Numbered from the stretch's first letter, positions 1 to 10,817 are shown. The stretch: 64,000 nt of DNA from Flavobacteriaceae bacterium (GCA_014239275.1 JAAZZF010000100.1:733-64732); one strand, 5' to 3'. Notes: generated from the sequence alone by a model not told the origin. Numbers and translations are program-made.

Positions 1-186
1 AATTTCAAATTCTCCATCCTCATTAGTAATTGTTGCCTCTTGAGAGGTATTATTAATTACATTAGCTGAAATCACATTACTATCCCTATATAATACTTTT
101 CCCCTAATCCAGGTTCTATAATCTGACTGTGAAAATGAAAAATTCCATATAAAAAAAAGAAGAAAAAAATTTATTGTATACTTCAT
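1..186 (-). CDS. N-terminal 62 codons (gene continues past the left edge) of a secreted carboxypeptidase-regulatory-like domain protein, probably a TonB-dependent-receptor-type outer membrane protein
   Basis: Not in the ORF track. My reverse-complement translation from ATG at 186 gives MKYTINFFLLFFIWNFSFSQSDYRTWIRGKVLYRDSNVISANVINNTSQEATITNEDGEFEI with no stop. This is a signal peptide followed by the IxGxV..A.V...T.T...G.F pattern of CarboxypepD_reg domains. Confidence 0.45.
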   Translation of the reverse strand, partial: MKYTINFFLLFFIWNFSFSQSDYRTWIRGKVLYRDSNVISANVINNTSQEATITNEDGEFEI

Positions 187-205
187 TAACTCAAAATATT
201 AATTG

Positions 206-278
206 AGCGGAAGACCGGGTTCGAACCGGCGACATTCAGCTTGGAAGGCTGACGCTCTACCAACTGAGCTACTCCCGC
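206..278 (-). tRNA. tRNA-Gly (anticodon TCC)
   Basis: The reverse complement GCGGGAGTAGCTCAGTTGGTAGAGCGTCAGCCTTCCAAGCTGAATGTCGCCGGTTCGAACCCGGTCTTCCGCT folds as a cloverleaf. Acceptor GCGGGAG/CTTCCGC, D arm GCTC-AGTTGGTA-GAGC, anticodon arm TCAGC-CTTCCAA-GCTGA, T arm GCCGG-TTCGAAC-CCGGT. CCA is not encoded. Confidence 0.9.
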
Positions 279-359
279 ATTAATACAAATATAATATTAA
301 TGGGTTATTTATATTATGATTGCATTAATTAAAAAATTATATTATTAAATTTATAATTT

Positions 360-803
360 ATGGATATTATCTTAAAGAAAGTTAATTCAAGCAATTTACT
401 ACCAATAAGAAGTAAAATATTGAGAAATAATGCTAGTTACAATTATTGTAAGTATGAAGGTGACAATTTAGACAGCTCCTTTCATATTGGCGCCTATATA
501 AACAATAAAATAATTGGAGGTGTTTCAGTTATTAAAAAAAAATCAATCCATAAAAATTTAACAAATTGTTACCAATTCAGAGGAATGTGTGTTTTAGAAG
601 ATTTTCAAAATAAAGGAATTGGAGAAAAAATTTTAAAAGAAGCTGAAAAACATTGTAAAATTTTAAAGATTCAAAATATTTGGATGAATGCAAGAGTAAA
701 GGCAGTCAATTTTTATTTAAATTTAAATTATATTGATTTAGGTTTTCGCTATGAAATTAAAGGGATTGGATTACATTATTTTTTATATAAAGAATTACAA
801 TGA
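360..803 (+). CDS. GNAT-family N-acetyltransferase
   Basis: 147 aa. Acetyl-CoA-binding motif A, QFRGMCVLEDFQNKGIGEKILKEAE. The stop overlaps the next start (ATGA). Confidence 0.8.
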   Translation: MDIILKKVNSSNLLPIRSKILRNNASYNYCKYEGDNLDSSFHIGAYINNKIIGGVSVIKKKSIHKNLTNCYQFRGMCVLEDFQNKGIGEKILKEAEKHCKILKIQNIWMNARVKAVNFYLNLNYIDLGFRYEIKGIGLHYFLYKELQ

Positions 804-1510
804 ATTTAAACATAAACTTATTGCTATTTTTAATATTTTGTAATATTAATTTTTCTCAAAATAGTATGAATTTAGATATACTTCAAGGAATAAAAAATCC
901 CAATTTAGTTGGAGATACAATTAAGCTTGAAAAAAACACTTTTAATGCCTTTAATAAAATGCAAATCGCTGCAAAAAATGATGGTGTAGATCTCAAAATT
1001 GCTTCAGCTCATAGAGGATATAATCGTCAAAAACATATCTGGAATACAAAATTTAAAAAATTTACTACTGAATTTAAATTGAAACCTAGTCAAGCAGTTT
1101 ATGAAATAATTAGGTTTTCTACTATTCCTGGAACCTCAAGACATCACTGGGGAACAGAAATTGATATTATTGATAGTAATTATCCAGATGAAGAGGATGT
1201 TTTGATATCAAAAAAATTTGAAAAAGATGGTATTTTCTTTAAAGTTAAAAATTGGCTTAATATAAATTCTGAAAAATTTGGATTTTATATAACATATAAC
1301 AACGACCCTAATAGAAAGGGATTTGAGTATGAACCATGGCACTACAGTTATGCGCCTATTTCAAAAAAAATGCTTTCATTATTTTTAAAATCAGATCTTA
1401 AAAAAGTTATTAAAAAAGAAGAAATTAAGGGATCTGAATATTTCACTGACAATTTTATAGAAAAATATAAAAAAGAATACATTTTAGATATAAATAAAGA
1501 TTTAAAATAA
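800..1510 (+). CDS. Secreted M15-family (VanY/LdcB-like) D-alanyl-D-alanine or LD-carboxypeptidase
   Basis: Signal peptide MNLNINLLLFLIFCNINFSQ. Zn-ligand motifs SAHRGY, SRHHWGTEIDI and EPWHYSY are typical of peptidase M15B. Confidence 0.75.
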   Translation: MNLNINLLLFLIFCNINFSQNSMNLDILQGIKNPNLVGDTIKLEKNTFNAFNKMQIAAKNDGVDLKIASAHRGYNRQKHIWNTKFKKFTTEFKLKPSQAVYEIIRFSTIPGTSRHHWGTEIDIIDSNYPDEEDVLISKKFEKDGIFFKVKNWLNINSEKFGFYITYNNDPNRKGFEYEPWHYSYAPISKKMLSLFLKSDLKKVIKKEEIKGSEYFTDNFIEKYKKEYILDINKDLK

Positions 1511-1530
1511 CTAGTTCCTTCGATTATAAT

Positions 1531-1538
1531 TATATTTG
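1531..1538 (+). promoter_or_regulatory. Bacteroidetes sigma-A -7 box (TATATTTG) for gpmI
   Basis: Exact match to the TAnnTTTG consensus, 26 nt upstream of the gpmI TTG start, in an intergenic spacer. Confidence 0.4.
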
Positions 1539-1564
1539 TCTAAAATTATAAAGGCTTTCAAATT

Positions 1565-3091
1565 TTGAAAATTTCGAAAAAAGTTATTTTAATGATCCTT
1601 GATGGCTGGGGTATAGCTAAAGATCCTAAAGTATCTGCAATTGACATAGCTAAAACACCATTTATTGATTCATTATATAATAATTATGCATCTGCAAAAC
1701 TTACTACATTCGGTGAAAGTGTTGGACTCCCTAGTGGCCAAATGGGAAATAGTGAAGTGGGACATATCAATTTAGGAGCAGGAAGAATAGTTTATCAAGA
1801 ATTATCAAAAATTAATCGTGATATTAAGGAAAAAACTTTTCAAAATCAGCATAATTTGAAAACTTGCTTGGAAAACGTAAAAAAAATAAATAAAAAATTA
1901 CATTTAATAGGTTTATTGTCTGATGGTGGAGTCCATTCTCATATTAATCATTTAGAAGGAATACTTGATGCTTGTAAAGAAAAGAAAATTGATAATATTT
2001 TCATACATGCATTTACTGATGGTAGAGATGTAGATCCTAAATCAGGTATAAATTTTATCAATAGATTAAATAATAAAATTATTTCTTCTGGAGCAAAAAT
2101 AGCAACTGTTATAGGTCGTTATTTTTCTATGGATAGAGACAATAGATGGGAAAGAACTAAAAAATCATATGATCTTTTAACAAAAGGAATTGGTAAAAAG
2201 TCTCACAATATATTAGATTCTATTCAAGAATCTTATAACAGCGGTGTGACTGACGAATTTATTGAACCAATTGTAAAAGTAGATAATGAAGGAAAACCCA
2301 TTGGAAATGTTGAAGAAGGAGATTATCTTATTTTTTTCAATTTTAGAACAGATAGAGGGCGGCAATTAACTAAAGCGTTAACCCAAGAAAATTTTTCTGA
2401 TTTAGAAATGAAAAAATTAAATATAAATTTTTTAACAATGACTAACTATGATGAGACATTTAAAGGAATTGAAACTATATATGACTCAGAAAATATAATA
2501 GATACTTTAGGGGAGGTTATAGCAAAAAATGGTAAAACGCAAATTAGGATTGCTGAAACAGAAAAATATCCTCATGTAACATTTTTCTTTAATGGAGGAA
2601 GAGAAAAACCCTTTAAAAATGAATTGAGAGTTTTATGTCCTTCCCCGAAAGTTCCAACTTATGATATAAAACCTGAAATGAGTGCCCACAAAGTTAAAGA
2701 TTCTATTATAGAGGAAATAAAAAAAAATTGTACAGATTTTATATGTTTAAACTTTGCTAATCCAGATATGGTAGGACATACAGGTAACCTTGAAGCAGCA
2801 ATTAAAGCATGTGAAACTGTTGATAAATGTTCATCTGAAATTATTGAATGTGCATTGGAAAAAGAATTTTCAATCATAGTTATTGCTGATCATGGTAATT
2901 GTGATAAAATGAAAAATTCTGATGGATCACCTAACACAGCACATACAAAAAATATGGTGCCTATAATTATTGTTGATCATAAAATTAAAAACGTATCTGA
3001 TGGTATTTTAGCAGATATAGCTCCAACAATTCTAGATTTAATGAATATAAATAAACCTAAACTAATGACTGGAAAATCTTTAATAAACTGA
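1565..3091 (+). CDS. gpmI: 2,3-bisphosphoglycerate-independent phosphoglycerate mutase
   Basis: 508 aa. ILDGWG, MGNSEVGHINLGAGR, LLSDGGVHSH, ADHGN. TTG start at 1565 (verified in the DNA). An internal ATG at 1592 would truncate the conserved N-terminus. Confidence 0.95.
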   Translation: MKISKKVILMILDGWGIAKDPKVSAIDIAKTPFIDSLYNNYASAKLTTFGESVGLPSGQMGNSEVGHINLGAGRIVYQELSKINRDIKEKTFQNQHNLKTCLENVKKINKKLHLIGLLSDGGVHSHINHLEGILDACKEKKIDNIFIHAFTDGRDVDPKSGINFINRLNNKIISSGAKIATVIGRYFSMDRDNRWERTKKSYDLLTKGIGKKSHNILDSIQESYNSGVTDEFIEPIVKVDNEGKPIGNVEEGDYLIFFNFRTDRGRQLTKALTQENFSDLEMKKLNINFLTMTNYDETFKGIETIYDSENIIDTLGEVIAKNGKTQIRIAETEKYPHVTFFFNGGREKPFKNELRVLCPSPKVPTYDIKPEMSAHKVKDSIIEEIKKNCTDFICLNFANPDMVGHTGNLEAAIKACETVDKCSSEIIECALEKEFSIIVIADHGNCDKMKNSDGSPNTAHTKNMVPIIIVDHKIKNVSDGILADIAPTILDLMNINKPKLMTGKSLIN

Positions 3092-3092
3092 T

Positions 3093-3644
3093 ATGAAAAA
3101 AACAATTATTTTTTTAAGCATTTTTTTGCTTTTTTCTTGTAAAACAAAGAATTCTGATTCCAAAAAACAAACAGACAAAGTCATAGAAAATAAAGAAGAA
3201 GAGGTAAACATTATTGGATACTTTGACAGAAATGAGTTACAAAAAAATCCATACGTACTTTGGTTTGATGAAAATTATAAAAATTATAACCTTGATGAAT
3301 CAACCGCTGAAAAAATTAAACCACTAATCAAAAATTTTGAAATTACAGTTTTCATGGGCACCTGGTGTGAAGAAAGTCAAAAAGATATACCAGGATTTTT
3401 TAAACTTTATGATTATATAAAAGCTGATAATGAAAAAATTCAATTAATTGGAATGAGTGAACAAAAAACTACGCCTCAGAATTATGAAAAGGGATTAGAA
3501 ATTTTTAATGTTCCAACATATATCTTCAAAAAAAATGGAAAAGAAATTAACAGAATTGTCGAGTTCCCTGTTGAAACTTTAGAAAAAGACATTTTTAAAA
3601 TTTTGAGTGGACAAGAATATAAAAATATTTACGCTGATTTTTAA
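3093..3644 (+). CDS. Thioredoxin-fold lipoprotein (monothiol C-x-x-S variant)
   Basis: Lipobox LLFSC. MGTWCEESQKDIPGF sits where thioredoxin/TlpA-like proteins carry WCxxC. NVPTYIF (cis-Pro loop) lies downstream. Confidence 0.55.
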   Translation: MKKTIIFLSIFLLFSCKTKNSDSKKQTDKVIENKEEEVNIIGYFDRNELQKNPYVLWFDENYKNYNLDESTAEKIKPLIKNFEITVFMGTWCEESQKDIPGFFKLYDYIKADNEKIQLIGMSEQKTTPQNYEKGLEIFNVPTYIFKKNGKEINRIVEFPVETLEKDIFKILSGQEYKNIYADF

Positions 3645-3647
3645 AAA

Positions 3648-4451
3648 ATGAGTTTAATTAAATCATCCGAAGAAATAGAATTAATTAGAGAAAGTGCCTT
3701 ATTAGTTTCAAAAACTTTAGGAATGTTAGCTAAAGAAATTAAACCTGGAATTAATACACTTTATCTAGATTCTTTAGCAGAATCATTTATAAGAGACCAC
3801 AATGCAGAACCAGGATTTTTAGGTTTATATGATTTTCCTAATACATTGTGTATAAGTCCAAACTCTCAAGTAGTTCATGGAATTCCAAATAAAGATGAAA
3901 TTAAAGATGGTGATATCTTATCCATTGATTGTGGAGTTCTAAAGAATGGATACTATGGAGATCATGCTTATACTTTTGAAGTCGGAGAAGTAAAAAAAGA
4001 AATTAAAAGATTATTAAAAACTGCAAAAGAATCTCTTTACCTAGGAGTCAAAGAATTTAAACAAGATAATAGAGTTGGGGATGTTGGCTATGTAATTCAA
4101 AAACATAATGAATCCAACGGTTATGGAGTAGTTAAAGAGCTTGTTGGGCATGGCCTAGGAAAAAGCATGCATGAAAAACCTGAAATGCCAAATTATGGTA
4201 GAAGAGGAACAGGAAAAAAATTCAAAAATGGAATGGTCGTTGCTATTGAACCCATGATTAATATGGGAACTGCAAGAATAAATCAATTAAATGATGGGTG
4301 GACAATTTTAACAGCAGATAACTTGCCTAGTGTACATTTTGAACATAATGTTGCAATAATTAATGAAAAGCCTAATTTACTATCAACCTTTGATTATATA
4401 TATGATTCCTTAGGAATTAAAAGTATAGAAGAAAATCAATTTAAATCTTAA
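3648..4451 (+). CDS. map: Type I methionine aminopeptidase
   Basis: 267 aa. VVHGIP, SIDCG, GYYGDHAYTF, GHGLG, VAIEPM and VHFEH metal-ligand motifs. Confidence 0.95.
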   Translation: MSLIKSSEEIELIRESALLVSKTLGMLAKEIKPGINTLYLDSLAESFIRDHNAEPGFLGLYDFPNTLCISPNSQVVHGIPNKDEIKDGDILSIDCGVLKNGYYGDHAYTFEVGEVKKEIKRLLKTAKESLYLGVKEFKQDNRVGDVGYVIQKHNESNGYGVVKELVGHGLGKSMHEKPEMPNYGRRGTGKKFKNGMVVAIEPMINMGTARINQLNDGWTILTADNLPSVHFEHNVAIINEKPNLLSTFDYIYDSLGIKSIEENQFKS

Positions 4452-4454
4452 AAA

Positions 4455-5225
4455 ATGGATTGGCTGATAAAGTTTATAATTAATAAAGTACCCCGTCCTC
4501 AATTAATTTTTTGGAGTAATTTTTTTAGACCATTATTAGATTTGTACTATAGAGGAAATAAATTCTATGATCCTATTAATAATAAATCCTACAGAAAATT
4601 TTTAGCGTATGGTTATAAAAATCAAAGGCCAAATGCACTTAGTCCCGGAACATTGTCTTTAGAAAGACATAGATTATTATGGCTTTATTTAAAAAACAAA
4701 ACAGAGTTTTTTAATGCAAAAATTAAAGTTTTGCATATAGCTCCTGAACAAGCCTTTTATAAAATTTTTAAATCCATAAAAAATGAAAATTATATAACAT
4801 TTGATTTAAATTCCCCTTTAGCTGATATAAAAGGTGATATATGTAAGATGCCTTTTGAAGATAATTTTTTTGATTTTATACTTTGCAATCATGTTTTGGA
4901 ACATATAGATGATGATAAAAAAGCAATGCATGAGCTTTATAGAGTTTTAAATAAAAATGGAATAGCGATATTGCAAGTTCCAATTGATTTAAATATTAAA
5001 AGAACATTTGAAGATCCAGGAATTAAAGATAAAAATGAGAGAATTAAAAAATTTGGTCAATATGATCATGTTAGATTGTATGGTTTAGATTACTTTGATC
5101 GACTTAAAAAAGTTGGTTTTCATGTTGAAAAAAATAATTATGCTAATGAATTCAGAGACGAAGAAATTAAAAAATATAGTATAGTCAAAAACGAAATAAT
5201 CCCAATTTGTAAAAAATTAGTTTAA
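4455..5225 (+). CDS. Class I SAM-dependent methyltransferase
   Basis: VLHIAPE (motif I-like), CNHVLEHIDDD, LNKNGIAILQVP. Substrate unknown. Confidence 0.7.
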   Translation: MDWLIKFIINKVPRPQLIFWSNFFRPLLDLYYRGNKFYDPINNKSYRKFLAYGYKNQRPNALSPGTLSLERHRLLWLYLKNKTEFFNAKIKVLHIAPEQAFYKIFKSIKNENYITFDLNSPLADIKGDICKMPFEDNFFDFILCNHVLEHIDDDKKAMHELYRVLNKNGIAILQVPIDLNIKRTFEDPGIKDKNERIKKFGQYDHVRLYGLDYFDRLKKVGFHVEKNNYANEFRDEEIKKYSIVKNEIIPICKKLV

Positions 5226-6230
5226 AATAAGTCTATCAAATCCATCTGTAGAAAAAATCTCAACTTCACTTTTTTCTTTATTGTAAATAATCATTACCTC
5301 AATATTATTTAATAGAGAAATCATTTTAATTGATTTTTCTATTGGCATTGCCATGAATGAAGTAGCATATGCATCAGCAGTAATACAGTCTTCTGCAATG
5401 ACTGAAACTCCTAAAACATTAGTATTAAAAGCATTTCCATTTTTTGGATTAATGGTATGTACTATTTTTTTTCCAGTTTGATTATCAATTATATATTTTC
5501 TATAATTACCTGAACTGGCAAGCGCTGAATTTTTTAATTGTATCTTTTTAATATAATTATTAGAAGAGGGATTTAAAGGGTCAGTAATTCCTACTCTCCA
5601 ATAATTATTAGTTACTAAATTTTTTCCGCTAGCTACCATTTCTCCTCCAATTTCAACTAAATGATTATTAATATTTCTATTGTTTAACATATTTGAAATT
5701 ATATCAACACAGTATCCTTTTGCTATTGCATTAAAGTCTAAATAAATTCCTTTTTTTTCTTTAATAATAAAATTGTTTTTCAATGAAACTTTACCAAACC
5801 CTGTTAGATTCATTATACTATCTAGATTAACAGGAATTTTACTGTCGTTCTTAGGGCCTAATCCATATGCTTTTACCAAAAGTCCAATTGTTGGATCAAA
5901 AAATCCGTCTGTAGATTTCCAAATGAGTTTTGACTTATTAAAAACTTTTTTAAAATGAGCATCTATTTTAATTGAATCTATATCATCATTTATTTTTGAA
6001 ATATCCGAAGAAGAAATATAAGTTGATAAAGATTTATTTATTTCTGTAAAAATAGAATCTGTTAAAACATCTATATTTTTTAATGGTTGATCAGATGCAT
6101 ATAATATTTTAAAAGAAGTTCCTAAAGCCTGGCCGGAATAAGAATGAATTTTAGTTTCATTAGAACAACTAATAATTATGCAGGCTATAAATAAAAATGA
6201 TTTTTTAAACACCCTTAAAATTAACAACAT
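5217..6230 (-). CDS. apbE: FAD:protein FMN transferase ApbE (lipoprotein)
   Basis: Lipobox IIISC. AIAKGY, LASSGNYRKY and TADAYATSF motifs. Lies directly downstream of nqrF on the same strand. Confidence 0.85.
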   Translation of the reverse strand: MLLILRVFKKSFLFIACIIISCSNETKIHSYSGQALGTSFKILYASDQPLKNIDVLTDSIFTEINKSLSTYISSSDISKINDDIDSIKIDAHFKKVFNKSKLIWKSTDGFFDPTIGLLVKAYGLGPKNDSKIPVNLDSIMNLTGFGKVSLKNNFIIKEKKGIYLDFNAIAKGYCVDIISNMLNNRNINNHLVEIGGEMVASGKNLVTNNYWRVGITDPLNPSSNNYIKKIQLKNSALASSGNYRKYIIDNQTGKKIVHTINPKNGNAFNTNVLGVSVIAEDCITADAYATSFMAMPIEKSIKMISLLNNIEVMIIYNKEKSEVEIFSTDGFDRLILN

Positions 6231-6290
6231 AATTTGAATTCATGTTAAGTTAATCTAGTTATAACTTACCAATAAGTAATTGAAAGAATA

Positions 6291-7595
6291 TTATCCTCCA
6301 AAATCATCAAATCTTACATTCTCTGGTGGGACACCAAAATCATTTGCCATTTTTTCTATAGCTTGATTCATAAGTGGTGGGCCACAAAAATATACTTCAA
6401 TATCTTCAGGAGCTTCGTGATGTATTAAATAATTATCAATAAGAGCTTGATGAACAAAACCAACAAAACCATCACCTTCACCATCTAAACCGTCCTTAAT
6501 TTTCCAATTATCCTCTTTATTAGGTTCAGAAAGAGCCATATAAAATTTGAAGTTTGGAAAATCTTTTTCTAGAGCTTTAAAATGTTCAATATAAAATAAT
6601 TCTCTTTTAGATCTACCACCATACCAAAAATTTACCTTCCTTCCACTCTTCAAAGTTCTAAATAAATAATATAAATGAGATCTCATTGGAGCCATTCCTG
6701 CACCTCCACCAACATATAACATTTCTGCTTCAGAATGATTTATAAAAAATTCTCCATAAGGACCTGAAATAGTAACTTTATCTCCTGGTTTTTTAGAAAA
6801 CATATAGGAAGATGCTATTCCTGGATTCACATCCATCCATCCATTTACACTCCTATCCCATGGAGGAGTAGCAATTCGTACATTTAACATTATTTCTTTT
6901 CCTTCAGCTGGATAGGATGCCATGGAATATGCTCTTTCAACTGATTCAGAGTTTTTCATTTTTAAATCCCAAAGATTAAACTTATCCCATTCTAGTTTAA
7001 ATTTTTCAGGGTCATCTGGATGTTCGTCAGGATGTGCACTAATATCCATTTCTTTATAATACACTTCACATTCAGGGATTTCAATTTGAATATAACCTCC
7101 TGCTTTATAACCCATATCTTCAGGAATTTCCACCACTAACTCTTTAATAAAAGAAGCTACATTCCAATTTCTAACAACAGTAGCTTCCCATTTTTTAATT
7201 CCAAAGACTTCTTCAGGAATTTCTATAACCATATTCTCTTTAACTTTAACTTGACAACCAAGTCTCCACCCTTCTGCAATTTCTTTCCTACTGAAATATG
7301 GTGATTCTGTAGATAGAATTTCTCCTCCCCCCTTTTTCACAACACATTTACATTGAACACAAGTTCCGCCACCACCACAGGCCGATGGTAAAAAAATTTT
7401 ATTATTCCCAAGAGTTGATAACAAAGTCCCACCAGAAGAAACTTCTACTTCATTTTTTCCGTTAACTAAAAGAGTAACTGGTCCAGAGTGTAATAATTTT
7501 GCTTTCACTACTAAAAGCATTGACAATAAAAGAAAAATTATTATTGAAAAAACAATTATACTTATAATTATATATGTAGTAATAGGTATTGTCAT
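6291..7595 (-). CDS. nqrF: Na+-translocating NADH:quinone oxidoreductase subunit F
   Basis: N-terminal TM helix, 2Fe-2S motif [17 protein letters not shown] motif [13 protein letters not shown] motif [12 protein letters not shown]. Confidence 0.95.
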   Translation of the reverse strand: MTIPITTYIIISIIVFSIIIFLLLSMLLVVKAKLLHSGPVTLLVNGKNEVEVSSGGTLLSTLGNNKIFLPSACGGGGTCVQCKCVVKKGGGEILSTESPYFSRKEIAEGWRLGCQVKVKENMVIEIPEEVFGIKKWEATVVRNWNVASFIKELVVEIPEDMGYKAGGYIQIEIPECEVYYKEMDISAHPDEHPDDPEKFKLEWDKFNLWDLKMKNSESVERAYSMASYPAEGKEIMLNVRIATPPWDRSVNGWMDVNPGIASSYMFSKKPGDKVTISGPYGEFFINHSEAEMLYVGGGAGMAPMRSHLYYLFRTLKSGRKVNFWYGGRSKRELFYIEHFKALEKDFPNFKFYMALSEPNKEDNWKIKDGLDGEGDGFVGFVHQALIDNYLIHHEAPEDIEVYFCGPPLMNQAIEKMANDFGVPPENVRFDDFGG

Positions 7596-7600
7596 AAAAA

Positions 7601-8221
7601 TTATAATTTAATTCCCATAAAACTCATAAAACCAAAGGCCATTAATCCAGTAATAATAAAAGTTATTCCTAAGCCTCTAAGAGGAGCTGGAACATTAGAG
7701 TATGCTATTTTTTCCCTGATTGCTGCAATTGCAACAATTGCTAAAAACCAACCTATTCCAGATCCAAAACCATAAACAGCAGATTCAGAAACTCCTGAAA
7801 AATTTTTGATTTGCATAAAAAGAGAACCACCTAAAATTGCACAGTTAACTGCTATAAGAGGCAAAAAGATTCCGAGTGAACCGTATAATGCAGGTGAAAA
7901 TTTTTCAATAATCATTTCAACTAATTGGACCATTGATGCTATAACTGCAATAAACATAATTAAACTCAAAAAACTTAGGTTTAATTCTGCATACTGAGGG
8001 CCTAACCAAATTAATGCACCATCAGCTAATAAATATGTATCTATTAAATAGTTCAATGGAACAGTAATAGTTAAAACAAAAATTACTGCAAGTCCCATCC
8101 CTATACCATTTTTTAAAGTTTTTGATATAGCTAAATAAGAACACATTCCAAGAAAATATGCAAACACCATATTTTCAATAAAAATACTTTTGACAAAAAG
8201 ATTAGCGTATTGTTCCCACAT
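7601..8221 (-). CDS. nqrE: Na+-NQR subunit E
   Basis: 206-aa polytopic membrane protein of the NqrE/RnfA type, in operon position between nqrD and nqrF. Confidence 0.9.
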   Translation of the reverse strand: MWEQYANLFVKSIFIENMVFAYFLGMCSYLAISKTLKNGIGMGLAVIFVLTITVPLNYLIDTYLLADGALIWLGPQYAELNLSFLSLIMFIAVIASMVQLVEMIIEKFSPALYGSLGIFLPLIAVNCAILGGSLFMQIKNFSGVSESAVYGFGSGIGWFLAIVAIAAIREKIAYSNVPAPLRGLGITFIITGLMAFGFMSFMGIKL

Positions 8222-8230
8222 AATATTGTA

Positions 8231-8917
8231 TTATCTCTGTTCTATTAAATCTGTATTTCTTGATCTTTGAATCCATATAATTATTCCAACGGTTATCAAT
8301 GCCATTGGAGATAATAACATAAGTCCATTATTTTCATAACCCATTTCATATATAAAATCTGGAATTACTTGATAACCCATTAAATTTCCTGAGCCTAAAA
8401 GCTCTCTAAAAAATGCTACTGCAATTAAAATTGCTCCATAACCAAATGCATTTCCAACTCCATCCAAAAATGATTTCCAAACACCATTTCCTAGTGCAAA
8501 TGCCTCAAGTCTTCCCATAATAATACAATTTGTAACAATTAAACCAATAAATATTGATAACTCCTTGCTTACATCATATGCATAGGCCTTTAAAAACTCA
8601 TCAACAAGAGCTACAAGTGATGAGATGACAACTAAAAAGACAACAATCCGGATTCTATTGGGAATTAAGTCTCTTAAAATTGAAATAATAACATTACTAC
8701 ATGCCATAACAAAAATCACAGAAAAAGTCATAACAATAGCTGGCCAAAGTTGAACCGTAATTGCTAAAGCAGAACAAATACCAAGCACTTGAACTGTAAT
8801 AGGATTATTATCATCCAATGGATCTTTTAATAACTGCCTATTTTTTTTTGAAAAAAGAGGTTCTTTTCCCTTAGAGACAAAAAGAAATAAAGGATTTTTA
8901 TTTTTCAATTTTTTCAT
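8231..8917 (-). CDS. nqrD: Na+-NQR subunit D
   Basis: PLDDNNPITVQVLGICSALAIT signature of NqrD/RnfE. Polytopic membrane protein. Confidence 0.9.
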   Translation of the reverse strand: MKKLKNKNPLFLFVSKGKEPLFSKKNRQLLKDPLDDNNPITVQVLGICSALAITVQLWPAIVMTFSVIFVMACSNVIISILRDLIPNRIRIVVFLVVISSLVALVDEFLKAYAYDVSKELSIFIGLIVTNCIIMGRLEAFALGNGVWKSFLDGVGNAFGYGAILIAVAFFRELLGSGNLMGYQVIPDFIYEMGYENNGLMLLSPMALITVGIIIWIQRSRNTDLIEQR

Positions 8918-8918
8918 G

Positions 8919-9659
8919 TTAATCCATTTTCGAATTTAAGTTTAACTTTTCAAAATAAGGCAAATAATTATTTAGTCTTTCTTTAATCATACTTGTTACA
9001 CCATCACCAGTAATAGTAGAACCTGAAATTGCATCAACTTTATGATCATCTTTATTTTCATTTTTTGGATCATTATTCCCTTTTAAAACAGTAATTCCTA
9101 TTAATTCACCATCATTATTAAAAACTTTTTCATCTATAAAGCTTTCTTGGAACCAATCTTTTGTGATTTCAGCTCCAAGTCCAGCTGTTTCTCCTTTATG
9201 ATCAAATGAAACTCCTTTTATTGTATTTAAGTCATTTTTTAATGAAATATATCCCCAAATAGCATTCCAAAGACCATTACCACGTAATTCCATTATATAA
9301 TATTTTGCAGAATCTATTTCAGCTATATATAAGGGGAAATGTTGATTTTTATAATCTTTTTTTAATTCCTTTGCAAGTACTATATCAGAAAATGGACTTA
9401 TTTTTTCATTTATAGATCCATCTATTCTTAATGCTAATTCATTAGTAATATATTTTTTGTATAATTCTTCAGATTCATCTCTACTAACATTTATCCCAAC
9501 AGATGATAAAATATTTTGCATTTTTTCTTTTCTTATATTTTCATTTTGTAAAACTTTTAAAGATTGAGAAGTATAAGCTAAAACTGTTGCAACTACTAAA
9601 ACCATAAATGCTGCAAATAAAAAAGTATATAAATTTGAATCTTTATCCATATTAAACAA
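8919..9659 (-). CDS. nqrC: Na+-NQR subunit C
   Basis: Single N-terminal TM helix. FMN-attachment region DAISGSTITGDGV. Confidence 0.9.
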   Translation of the reverse strand: MFNMDKDSNLYTFLFAAFMVLVVATVLAYTSQSLKVLQNENIRKEKMQNILSSVGINVSRDESEELYKKYITNELALRIDGSINEKISPFSDIVLAKELKKDYKNQHFPLYIAEIDSAKYYIMELRGNGLWNAIWGYISLKNDLNTIKGVSFDHKGETAGLGAEITKDWFQESFIDEKVFNNDGELIGITVLKGNNDPKNENKDDHKVDAISGSTITGDGVTSMIKERLNNYLPYFEKLNLNSKMD

Positions 9660-10809
9660 TATTTACAGCTGTTTTAATTCCTCTTTTTTTTCTTCTTTTA
9701 ATATTAGCCTCAACAACATAATGATCAATTGTTGGAGCAAAAACATTCATAAGTAGAATAGCAAGCATAACCCCTTCAGGATATGCAGGGTTAAAAACTC
9801 TAATTAGAATACAAAAAATTCCAATTAATAAACCATATATCCACTTGCCTTTTACTGTTTGTGTTGCTGAAACAGGATCAGTAGCCATAAAAACAATTCC
9901 AAAAGCAAATCCACCAACTATCATATGATTTATCCAACTAAAACTCATCAATTCATTTGCACCCCAAACATTAAATAATAATCCCGTTATTGCTGCTCCA
10001 ATCACTCCACTAACCATTATCCTCCAACTTCCCACTCCAGTGAATATTAAAATAAATGCACCAATTAAAACCATTAGTGTTGATGTTTCTGCAATAGATC
10101 CTGGAATTGATCCCATAAACATTTGTAAAGGCTCATAGGGTAATATACTTTCTCCAGATGCTAAAATACCCAAAATAGTCTCACCTGAAACCCCATCAAT
10201 ATTAGAAGCCTCTGAAACCCAAACTTGATTACCTGACATATAAGTAGGATAGGCAAAAAACGCAAATGCTCTAGCTGTTAATGCAGGATTCAAAATATTC
10301 ATTCCAGTTCCACCAAATGCTTCTTTACCAATTATCACAGCAAACGCAACTGATAATCCAACCATCCATAAAGGAATATCTACTGGCATAATCATAGGGA
10401 TTAATAGTCCTGTTACTAAATATCCTTCATTTACTTCATGTCCCCTAAAAACTGCAAAAGCAAACTCTATTGCAAGCCCTACAATATAAGATACTGCAAT
10501 CATGGGAACTATTTTAGCAGATCCATGAATAAATAAATCTATAGTATTGTATTCTACATCCAACTGGGAATAATACTGAAAACCAGTATTATAAATACCA
10601 TAAAATAAAGCTGGTAACAAGGCTATAATAACTGTTATCATGGTCCTTTTTAAGTCAATAGCATCTCTAATATGAGCACCATGTTTAGTAGTGTGGTTTG
10701 GTACGTATAAAAAAGTATCCAATGCATTAAAAGCAGGTGCAAACCTTTCCCATTTTTCTCCTTTATTAAAAGGTTTTTTAAGATTATCTATCGTTTTTCT
10801 AATATTCAT
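9652..10809 (-). CDS. nqrB: Na+-NQR subunit B
   Basis: 385-aa polytopic membrane protein. DGVSGETILG flavinylation-type motif. 8-nt overlap with nqrC. Confidence 0.9.
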   Translation of the reverse strand: MNIRKTIDNLKKPFNKGEKWERFAPAFNALDTFLYVPNHTTKHGAHIRDAIDLKRTMITVIIALLPALFYGIYNTGFQYYSQLDVEYNTIDLFIHGSAKIVPMIAVSYIVGLAIEFAFAVFRGHEVNEGYLVTGLLIPMIMPVDIPLWMVGLSVAFAVIIGKEAFGGTGMNILNPALTARAFAFFAYPTYMSGNQVWVSEASNIDGVSGETILGILASGESILPYEPLQMFMGSIPGSIAETSTLMVLIGAFILIFTGVGSWRIMVSGVIGAAITGLLFNVWGANELMSFSWINHMIVGGFAFGIVFMATDPVSATQTVKGKWIYGLLIGIFCILIRVFNPAYPEGVMLAILLMNVFAPTIDHYVVEANIKRRKKRGIKTAVNIV

Positions 10810-10817
10810 ATAAATAA

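Noticed and set aside
6241-6270. An imperfect palindrome, GTTAAGTTA...TATAACTTAC, between nqrF and apbE.
   Set aside because: It needs a bulge, is AT-rich and has no U tract. It is not distinguishable from chance in this composition.
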